DNA from: Amoebophrya sp. A120
Taxonomy: Eukaryota > Protista > Dinoflagellata
Assembly: GCA_905178155.1 (NCBI GenBank)
Contig: CAJINV010000009.1
Location: forward strand, 372,001 to 436,000
DNA: 64,000 bases
Direction of reading: 5' to 3'
Positions within the stretch are counted from its first letter, which is position 1. Every line of letters starts with the position of its first letter. The notes beneath the pieces were generated by a model, which ran no database searches, had not been told where the DNA came from, and saw only the letters and a program-made list of their open reading frames with translations. The position numbers were made by a program, and so were the translations under genes. Positions 54,290 to 64,000 of this stretch are shown here, piece by piece.

Positions 54290-57200
54290 ATGGAGTATTC
54301 TTTGAAGCCTCTGCTGATCGACCCCGTTTGGAGTCGTCTTTCACAGCTAATCCTTCCGAGGAACGAGCTGTACGAAGACAAGTACCGGTTTCAAAGAAAT
54401 CTCGGGGAAAAAGACATCAAAGCCCTAAAAAACGACTTCCGGACAGTCACTTCCTGTACCTCCCGTGCGCCGACCCCAACCGCTTTGGGCTTTCTTGATA
54501 AGCAAATCGCGGGAAGGATAAACCCTCCTGTCTTGCTGCCGTCGGAGGACGATTTTGCGGTAGCTCTACTGACATCTTCGTCGACTGGTGAAGTCGCGGG
54601 AGATTTTCATGAGCAGTCAGCACAAGATAGCAGTTCCAGCGACGAGCCAGTTTACGGGATAGATTTTGCCAAAGTACAAAATACATGTATTGGAGCTAGT
54701 AGCTCATCATCATCGAGTAGTTCATCTTCATGTTCAATTTCTTCGAGCAGTTTGTCAAGTAGCTGCAAATATCGTCCGTCAGCATCTTCTTTATCTTCCG
54801 AATCAATAAGCGATCCCTGTGTAGTACGTGTAGCCATCGAGGACCATCTTCACGTTGATGAGAAAGACGACGACGCTTTCGAGGCCCCAACGTCCTTTGT
54901 CGATTGTCCGGCTCCAGTGTTAGTGCCACGACCGAAAAGCAACATTGGCCGGCCTAGCTCGAAAGAAGAAAACAACCACAAAAATTCCAGCTGCACGGAC
55001 ACCGCTGTAGTTCTTTCGGATGACAAGCCGCGTCAACATAATTCGCAGTACAACCATACGCATACGAGTAACTACTGCTTCTATTCGAAGCAAAAAAATG
55101 AAACAGATTCAAATGCATTGCTCTTCACATCTTCGTCGACATGTACATCTCAATCGTCTAGATTACGTTCGTCAACAAGTTCAACTTCAACAACGAAAGA
55201 GGTTGACCAGCCAGGAATTACAACTTCAGAAATATCATCATCATCTTCACAGTCTGCGAAAAATCAACAAGGAGAAGCGTCTGCTCGGCCGCTATCACTA
55301 CCCTTACCACTTTTACCGGAATCTGATTTTGAGAATGGCACACAACAAGAAATATTTTTAAGCGACGCCGCGTTTGAGCACCAGAGCCACCAAGACCCTG
55401 AGCAACACCAGCTCGAAAATGTGACTGCACGCCCCCAGTGCCCGCGCGTCGCATTCCCAGCAGCTGATGGAAGTCCTTCGACTGTGCCCGGGACCTGCGC
55501 GGCTCCTGCTCCTGCGTCGACCTCTGACGACGGCCCGACCGCGCTCTCAACATATTCACGATCAATGCTGTTGCACGTGAAGAAGTGGACGAGGCAGCCG
55601 CAACGAAAAGATACACCATCATACTTGGGTGGGACAAGCACAGCCACAGACCGTCACCGCATTGATTTCCTTGTGAGTCTGGTAAAACTCCTCAGGGTCG
55701 AGCACTGTGCTTCCCGCGAGAGGTACCCATTCGAACCTCCTGGGCAGGAGCGCCCTCTCGGTTGCAAATCCGCTGCAGCTCCGTTGTCCAGCAAGACTTT
55801 CAAAGATCGACACGCGAAAGATCATTCCAATCAAAAGCAACTTGCGCAAAGTTCCGTTGCCGCTAGTTCCGTTGCGTCGTCATTAAGTTCTGCAGCGGTA
55901 GCGGGCCGGAGAAGAAAGAGGCAAGGCTCTGACCACGACATGGAGATTCTGAACGGCGGCCGGCGTGTGAAACGCAATGCCAATGTAAATGTTTCCGCGA
56001 AGGGAACATCGTGTGTGAAAGTGGAAGCCGACGAAGTGCGGAAGGTGATCGAAAAGGAAAAGGCGAAGGGAGGACGGACGTATCGATGGTTCTTGGTGTT
56101 CTTTCTCTAAGCGTCTTGAACAACTTGCCATGCCGTCCCTTTCTTGATGTTTGTTGTGCATGATCTAATAAGGTTGTAGTTAGCTGGTCACCGGCGTTAT
56201 GCAACTGCAGCGAGACGTGTCCGTGACCGTGTGTTGCGCTCCACAGCCCTTGTCACGCGTCCGTTCTTCTTGTATATTTTTTAGAACATGTTGAAGTACG
56301 ACCGAGATGATGTAGCTCAAGACTAGCACAGAAATCGCCACTTTTTCCGTCTGATAACTACTCAGTGTCTGTCCGAGACAGCGTCAACATCGATGAAAAC
56401 GATCCTGCGTTTGCTCATCAAAAGATCCCTGAGGAAACAGCGCACACCGCTTCTGCTCCTTTTCCTACGATCATTCTGGAGCAGGTAGAGGATCCAGATC
56501 CTGTTGCGCGCGATTTTTCAAGATGTTTGACGCCGCCAAGAAGCACTTGCAAGTCGTGCAAAAGAAAAGGCAAGGCGGGCTCGCCCAAGTCTTGTCCGTC
56601 GGCGGGCGTGCCTTCTGTGACAGAATCAAATGGAAGATTTGGTGCACTAGTGTGCAGCAGCCACACAAGTAAAAGCCAGTCAATTTCAAAAAACAACTCT
56701 TCATCTGCAACTCGTCCATCTCTTGTGAGTAGAAGTAGCAAAGCACAACAAGAAGCTGGCCACTCCTGTGATGATTGTTCTTCTTCCATCAACGAAAGCG
56801 AACTCACACAAGAAGTGAGAAGCCAAAGCTCATGTCTCATCGCTTCTTCATCTTCTAGCGACGACAACACCTCGGCCGGCGCGGGAAATCCTTGTTCACG
56901 CCTGTGCGTCGGGCAAAATCGTCTTCGGGGGATTTTTTCTGATGATAACTCCGGGAAGGAGCACGAAAAACTACACGAAAATCAAAGGGACAAGAACTGC
57001 AGTGCGGAAGCCATATTTGAAGAAAGAACGCACCAACTACCTGTAGAAGTGCCGGAAGCTGTGCGATCAGTGATTACCACTCCTTTGTCGCCATCCCGCG
57101 ACGAAGTAGTGGCTTTTCCGACGACTAAAGCGGATGATCATGTGCACCACGAGCAAAGCGGTACTGAAGACGGCGTCGTGGCACCAGAAACAGTTGACCT

Positions 57201-60200
57201 GATAGAGTTCGGCTGCACACCTCCGCGTGACAACAACCTGTCCCGCTCGGCCCAGCGCGTCACCCCGTTCTCTTCGCCAACGAGAAAAACTGTTTTTCCT
57301 GAAATAAAGACAACTGAAATAAATCCAACACGTTCAACGTCAAGCAACGGCGACGCAGTCCTGATCGACTTGCTCGACCCTGGCTACATCTTCGAGGAAG
57401 AAAAAACAGGAAAAGAGGCAGGAATCTCTTCTGGGCGACGAGAGGATCTCGTACATCCAACAGAAGCAACGATAAGCACGTGTCGTAACGTACTTTCAAG
57501 CGCGATCACACCACCAGCCGAAAAAATGGCAGCACACACGGAAGCTCGCTTGCAAGATGACATCAATGCGCTCTTTGGGGAAATGCCAACGCAGCAGAGC
57601 AAGGCCAGCACAATGGTGCAGCACACTAGAAAAACGACAAACACGACCGCGCCCACGGCACGAGATGGGCTAGGAACAGCAGCAACCACAACAGCCAGAA
57701 GGAACAAAAAGAAGAGGGCTGACATGTGCAGTGACAGCTCTGGGTATTACGACTCCGAGAGCAGCTGTTCCGACTCCGACAGCCAGACTAGTAATTCCTC
57801 GGATGTCCTTGTTGACAGCACTACTGAGGAACGAGTGTACTGGTCTCCCTCGCCCAATAAACGCGCAAACGGACGACCAGCGGAAGAAAAGGCGGCGGCG
57901 AATCATAGCAAAGGTCAAAACTGCGGCGATTTTTGTGCAGGGTTTTCGGCTCCTTCGCATTCGACGGCGCAGCATCAGCCAGATATGGCTACGGGCTCTT
58001 CTTCTATGTGTAAAGAGTCGCGACGTGGTGAAGAAGAAACGCGGAGAGAGAATCCATTTCCGAAGTTGCTTGACTTACTCGAGCGCCAGACGGCAGGAAG
58101 TTCGCTCCACCCCCGGAAGCTCGAGCTGATGCGAGCAGCGATTCCGGAGGATTTGTTTGACAAGTTCCTGTCTTCGATGCAAACCGCGGAGCGCGAACTG
58201 CTTGAAGGTCTCTCAACAGAGTTCGACAGGCGACAAGGACGGGCTTCCTCTGTACAAACGGAAGTGCAGCTGGTAAAGAAAAAGAAGTTTTATTCGCCAC
58301 TGCCAGATGGGACAATGAAACCGTGGCAGCGCTGGGAAGCCGACGACAGGTGCAAATATTATGTATGATGTGCCACGTGCTTTTCCTGTTAATTTCAGCC
58401 TGAAATAAAGTCAGCTACTCATCTGGTACTTATACATGGCTGTCCTTGCTTCATTTACTTACTCGTCCCCCGTCCGAAAAATGAACGCAATAATCAGGGC
58501 CCCACTCGTCGAAGATTTTCCCGAGCCTATGCGCGACGTCGTGAAAAGGGCGTACAGCGAGGGCGTTTTTTTCGTCCGGTGGACGGGCAAGGTCGAGCAC
58601 TACGGGAAGCAAAACAAGAAGGAGTGGCCACTGTACGAGGTCGACAAGGACAATCGCACGGGGTGCATTGTGTTGCCCCAACCGAAGCACGTGACCGCGT
58701 CGCAGAACGAGATGGCAGCCTGCGGCACAGTTTTGGAATACCTGCCCATCGAGTCGAAACCCGTGCAGAAGGAGTTCTACTGTTTTTTGTGCCGAAAGTA
58801 CGCCGGCTTTGACGCCCCGAACGGCGACGAGCTGAAGGAGCACCTAAATTCCAAACTGCACGAGAAGAAGATGTCGCACGTCGCCACCGACCCAGCCTAC
58901 AAGAGCCATCACTACAAGCACGTTTTCGACTACGGTGACAGCCTGATGTTCGAAAAGAGGAGCACTGGAGATCCGGGCAGCGACGTCGCGACGTCGGTAG
59001 CAGAGGTCTTAGAACTCTGTGTGGAGGCTCCCGCTCCTTCTCCCAGCTCGCCCGCCACGCCAGTCGATACGCCAAGGAACACACACAATCGGACGGAAAG
59101 AGGTGATTCCGCCGCTGGGAAGAAAGTGGCGCCGTTGCCGCATTTTTTTACCGTTACCAGTGAAGCACAAGGCTCGGCTTCCTCCGACTCGGAGACGGAG
59201 GAAGACGCTGCGGGGCGGAATACTAGACACGAAGCGAAGCAGTGGAATCGCAATATTCACAGCAGCGAAGAGCGCTGCAAATATTCCAAAAGGTAGTTGT
59301 AGTTCTAGTTGCAGTGCATTTCCTCCCTTGATTGCGTGCATAAAAAGTGTCTTCGTGATCTCCTCTCATCTTCACTCTTTTTCGCAAAATTTACATTTCG
59401 ATATAAACAAGAATTTTTGCAACGCCAGGTCTACTTCGAATGCTGGTGCGGGGGAGAGTTGCAGTGGCGCAAAAGCAAGCGCGATTTCGACCACAACGAC
59501 CCAAAACCTTGTGGAGAACGAATCGGCTCCAGAAATAAGACACGCGGAGATCATGCAAGCCGAAATGGCTAAGTACGGCGTCACGGCGGAAGAATGTCGA
59601 CAACAGGGCCACATCCAGTGGGCTGAGAAGCAGATGCGAAAGCACGGCAAAACACCGGAGGAGATAGGCAGAATCTGCGAAGCCATTGGCGAAGAAGAAT
59701 GCTGCCGAAGATGGACGGGAATAGGCTTGCGATATTTTGCCTTCCATTTCGAGCGGGAGAGACGAGAAACAGAAGAACGAGCAAAGCGTTTGGAAGAAGA
59801 ACGGGCAAGAGAACTGGAAACGCGACGCATTGATGATGCGGCCGCGCAAGAGGACAGCAACTCGGGGCAACACAAAGAAGTTAAGAAAATGACTCGGAAA
59901 GATATTCTGTTTGCGCGCGCCACTTACCTCCAGCGGAAGTTATTCGACATGAGGACAGGCATGCCAAAGGTGCACGATAAAGTTGTGAAGTATTTGGTTG
60001 GCTGTTTACGAGCAATATCAATATGAACATCAACATCCTTGTTACCCCTACTGAGTCACTTATTGATTAGAAACTTAGGTTTCTCCATCTCCCAATAAAA
60101 TCGAACTATATTATAACACTACGACGCTTTATTTCTCGAAATATTACCCAGGTGCCGATCCCCGAGGGCAATCAGCCACCAACGCCGCAGGCGATCGTCG

Positions 60201-60394
60201 CTTGTTTACTTGCCCCGAGCGACAGTGACTCCGAGTCTTCCCAGGATTATGCGCCACCTGAACGCGAGCAGAGTCGCACTGTTCACGCATTTCTAAAATC
60301 CAAGGGCGATCCTGCGCGTTTCTTGGACAAGTACGTCGAGCGGGTTTTACGGGACAGAGAAAGTAGGGAGGAACAGTTCTTAAAGGGTGCTTAG
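54290..60394 (+). CDS. Large Ser-rich hypothetical protein with a U1/matrin-type C2H2 zinc finger; proposed 5 exons: 54290-56079, 56316-58349, 58498-59292, 59429-59969, 60152-60394
   Basis: Four phase-compatible GT-AG introns (56080-56315, 58350-58497, 59293-59428, 59970-60151) join five ORFs into 5403 nt (1800 aa). Zinc finger FYCFLCRK..LKEHLNSKLH. The first junction is the least certain. Confidence 0.55.
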
Positions 60395-60785
60395 GAACTG
60401 GAACAAAGATACTTTTTTCGTTTGTATCAAAAACAACGAAACTGCGAGTTGGAGTTTTGCCTGGAAGAAGAGCAAGACTATCATACTGGTATTTGATTAC
60501 ATATTCGGGATTTTGATTTAGGCATGAACATGCAAACAGAAACACCATCGCTGTTTATTGAATAAACGATCATGTCGATGTAGATTTCTTTGCATTGAAA
60601 CGCAAAGAGAAAGAGCAGCAGCTCCAAAAGAAAAAATTGTAATCTGGTAACCAAATGCGTGCGCGCGCGCGCGCAGAGCGCGCGCCGGCCCACGAAGCCG
60701 GCGCGCGCGCTCTGCGCGCTTGCGATATTGCTTAGCAAACGCAGCGCGAAGGCAGTTGCCGTTACCATATAGGGCAACCGCCGGG

Positions 60786-61733
60786 NNNNNNNNNNNNNNN
60801 NNNNNNNNNNNNNNNNNNNNNNNNNNNNNNNNNNNNNNNNNNNNNNNNNNNNNNNNNNNNNNNNNNNNNNNNNNNNNNNNNNNNNNNNNNNNNNNNNNNN
60901 NNNNNNNNNNNNNNNNNNNNNNNNNNNNNNNNNNNNNNNNNNNNNNNNNNNNNNNNNNNNNNNNNNNNNNNNNNNNNNNNNNNNNNNNNNNNNNNNNNNN
61001 NNNNNNNNNNNNNNNNNNNNNNNNNNNNNNNNNNNNNNNNNNNNNNNNNNNNNNNNNNNNNNNNNNNNNNNNNNNNNNNNNNNNNNNNNNNNNNNNNNNN
61101 NNNNNNNNNNNNNNNNNNNNNNNNNNNNNNNNNNNNNNNNNNNNNNNNNNNNNNNNNNNNNNNNNNNNNNNNNNNNNNNNNNNNNNNNNNNNNNNNNNNN
61201 NNNNNNNNNNNNNNNNNNNNNNNNNNNNNNNNNNNNNNNNNNNNNNNNNNNNNNNNNNNNNNNNNNNNNNNNNNNNNNNNNNNNNNNNNNNNNNNNNNNN
61301 NNNNNNNNNNNNNNNNNNNNNNNNNNNNNNNNNNNNNNNNNNNNNNNNNNNNNNNNNNNNNNNNNNNNNNNNNNNNNNNNNNNNNNNNNNNNNNNNNNNN
61401 NNNNNNNNNNNNNNNNNNNNNNNNNNNNNNNNNNNNNNNNNNNNNNNNNNNNNNNNNNNNNNNNNNNNNNNNNNNNNNNNNNNNNNNNNNNNNNNNNNNN
61501 NNNNNNNNNNNNNNNNNNNNNNNNNNNNNNNNNNNNNNNNNNNNNNNNNNNNNNNNNNNNNNNNNNNNNNNNNNNNNNNNNNNNNNNNNNNNNNNNNNNN
61601 NNNNNNNNNNNNNNNNNNNNNNNNNNNNNNNNNNNNNNNNNNNNNNNNNNNNNNNNNNNNNNNNNNNNNNNNNNNNNNNNNNNNNNNNNNNNNNNNNNNN
61701 NNNNNNNNNNNNNNNNNNNNNNNNNNNNNNNNN
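60786..61733. other. Assembly gap (948 N)
   Basis: Run of N bases. Confidence 1.
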
Positions 61734-61825
61734 GCAGAAATTCGGCATCTTCCCCGGGTCTGAAATGGCCGATTTTGGTGGCCCAGCAGGGTTCGCGGGT
61801 TTGCGGTTTTCCACATACCTTCCTG

Positions 61826-61929
61826 GCCAGGTGGCCAGTTTGTCATGCAGGGTGCTAGAAAGGATGCCCCGCTGCGAGCCAGGTGGCCAGTTTGTCACGC
61901 AGGGGGCTACAAAGGATGTCCCGCTGCGA
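61826..61929. repeat. 52-bp tandem repeat, 2 copies, inside the TIR element
   Basis: GCCAGGTGGCCAGTTTGTCAYGCAGGGKGCTASAAAGGATGYCCCGCTGCGA starts at 61826 and 61878. Confidence 0.9.
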
Positions 61930-62870
61930 AATAGCAGACCGGATTTCGCTTTCAATGCTTATCGCAGGAGCCTGCGGGCCGCCGTGGGCGACAGTAGTTG
62001 TCCGCGGCTGGTTAGGCTTTCGCGCTGGTTAGATTTTCGCGCACGCATTTGGTTACCAATATCGCCCTCCGGGCGCGACCTTCATAGCACACCTACACAG
62101 ATGATACAGCAGATCCATTCTTATCAGAAATTCATTTGTCGGCAGCCAGTTCTTTTTCAAATTTTTGACTTTTATATCATTGCTTTCAAGCTTCGGAGTT
62201 TGGAGCAGAGCGCCTGGATGACATTGCTCAAATTTTATTCAGACTCACTCTCATTCCTTGATCTTCGTGAAAGAGCGGGACTTTGTCCCAAGCTACAAAC
62301 TGGATTGCTCAGCATTGTCTTGGGAAGGAATCAATCTCCGTGAGCATGACTTCGCACACGGTGTGTTCTACAAACAACCCGCCGACAGGGTGATGTTTTA
62401 GTACGAGCGTCATCAAATGGAACAGAATTTTTGACATCATTTTTTTCCGCGTACGCCCGTTCTGAAGGCGATATCCGCTTTTGATTTTTGTTTTCCACGT
62501 TTGTGATCAAATTCATGAAATCTAAAAAGGATCCATTGACGAGCACGAGCCTGATGAACCCCAGTAAATGGTGTAATTGCAGCATGTAGCATCTCGCTCA
62601 AAAAAAATCTTTAAGCCGTCTCGTTTTTTTTTGACGATCGGGCAGAAATCAATGTGTTTCACTTTGATTTTCCCAACGCGATTTTCTCAGAAATTAGAGA
62701 AACCTTCACGAGTAAAGTTTTATTTTTTTTTAGTATCATGCGCTTGCGCATAACCTTAGCCTAAGCATGAAGTTTCCAAGTGGCAATTTAGGCTTTTTCG
62801 GTCGCATAGGATAGAGCCTATTTCATATTTCTCACTGTATTTTGACTAAAGAAAATTTGATTGCAAAAAG

Positions 62871-64000
62871 ATGCAGCTGCGGCATCCGCCGAACATTCAG
62901 TCGGTGACCTGCCATCGGCTATGCAACCGAAAGAAGCTCATATTGGTAGGCATATTCGTGGCCCTATACGCGGTATGCATCCAATGGTCTTTTATGACAC
63001 TGGGGGAGCCACGCGAATGGGCACTGGCGGAGCAGAGACGAATCTTGAGGAAGAAGGCACAGGATGCCAAAGACAAAGGTACACTTCTAGACGATCAATG
63101 TCAAAAGACCAGCAAATGCGGAAAGTGTGCCTGTAATTCCAATGTCAAAAGTAGACCAAGTGAAAGAAGATGAAGCAAGTTCAAAAACAAGTTGTAACAT
63201 AAGCACGATATTTTTATCCACATCACATCACAACAGGCATTATCGTTGGTGAAGATACGCAAGGGAGGAAAGGGAAGAAGAACGAGCTGAAAATTAACGA
63301 GGACGAGCTTCCGTCAGAATATCTCCCCAATGCGTTTTGCTGCCTCTTCATCTTTCTCACTTTCGGCTTTAACATTCTCGTCTTCCTGCTCTGCAAATGG
63401 TCTCTGCGTGTGAAAACCGCGCTGTTCTATGAGGCGAGCGACCAGATCGACGAAAACGCATTTTTGCTCGTTCTGCCGCTGAAGCAGAAGGGCAAACCGG
63501 AGCTCGCGAACGTGCAGGAACCGAATTCCAACACGAACTACACCTTCGAATTCCAGCACATCAAATACGAAATTTACGACCCCGCTGACGAAGACAACAT
63601 CAATGACGAAAACAACAGTAAACTGGTCGGGGACGGCGACTTCGCTTGCAAGCTCGTGCAGTCCTACGACGTGGGGCACGACAAGCAGTTTTACAAAGCT
63701 GCCCACGGGCTGCAGACGGAGGAGGAACTCGAGAAAAACTTGGAACTCTACGGGTCCAACGTGTTCGAGCTCCCGTACCCAACCTTCCTGCAGCTGTTCC
63801 AGGCACAGCTGCAGTCACCGATCGTCTGTTTTCAGCTGATGGCGGCCTTTCTCTGGGCGATGGACACGTACTGGAAATACACCATGTTCACCCTGATGAC
63901 CATCCTCGGGTTCGAGGCTTCCACCGCCTTCCAGCGTCTGAAGTCCATCTCGCAGCTTCGCGGTATGTCCGCAAGGCCCTACGACGTGTGGGTGTACCGA
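62871..64000 (+). CDS. P5A-type P-type ATPase (Spf1/ATP13A1-like), 3'-partial; exon 1 62871-63078, exon 2 from 63264 (or 63273) to the window end
   Basis: Manual translation of exon 2 gives FLLCKWSLRVK..FEFQHIKY..GLQTEEE..LYGSNVFELPYPTFLQLFQAQLQSPIVCFQLMAAFLWAMDTYWKYTMFTLMTILGFEASTAFQRLKSISQLRGMSARPYDVWVYR, typical of a P5A N-terminus. The GT donor is at 63079. Confidence 0.88.

Larger units (their letters stand above)
60645..62058. mobile_element. TIR-bounded DNA transposon/MITE spanning the assembly gap
   Basis: Perfect 21-bp inverted repeat TGGTAACCAAATGCGTGCGCG (60645-60665 / 62038-62058). Near-duplicated flanks AATCT (60641-60645) and AATAT (62058-62062). The interior is GC-rich. Confidence 0.78.

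Noticed and set aside
60518-61955. ORFs of 347-442 aa across the gap
   Set aside because: Artefacts of translating N bases.
12-64000. A prokaryotic operon or defence island, given the co-oriented nuclease, methyltransferase and oxygenases
   Set aside because: Spliceosomal-type introns and eukaryote-specific genes (AMPK-like kinase, cathepsin C, RING, P5A ATPase) show this is eukaryotic DNA, where adjacency does not imply shared function.

Overview
Eukaryotic genomic DNA, most consistent with an alveolate such as a syndinian dinoflagellate (Amoebophrya-like). That assignment is inferred from architecture only. About 16 protein-coding genes can be modelled, all on the + strand: TatD nuclease, cathepsin C/DPAP, a 2OG-oxygenase + SAM methyltransferase + 2OG-oxygenase triple fusion, an alpha/beta-hydrolase-fold protein, a cupin-DUF952 fusion, a SNF1/AMPK-like kinase, a GPR180/TMEM145-like protein, an SH3-like/TULIP-like protein, an A1 aspartic protease, a RING protein, an EGLN/PHD-like hydroxylase, the start of a P5A ATPase, and several hypothetical proteins. 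Short introns (72-290 nt) join many of the listed ORFs. Three introns look like transposon-derived introners sharing TAT...ATA ends, terminal inverted repeats and 5-bp target-site duplications, and two of these have no GT-AG register within the duplication. Other features are a 21-bp-TIR element spanning a 948-N gap, a ~3.5-kb GC-rich decayed insertion, and perfect intergenic palindromes. All gene models and family calls come from manual reading and motif recognition, with no database searches.
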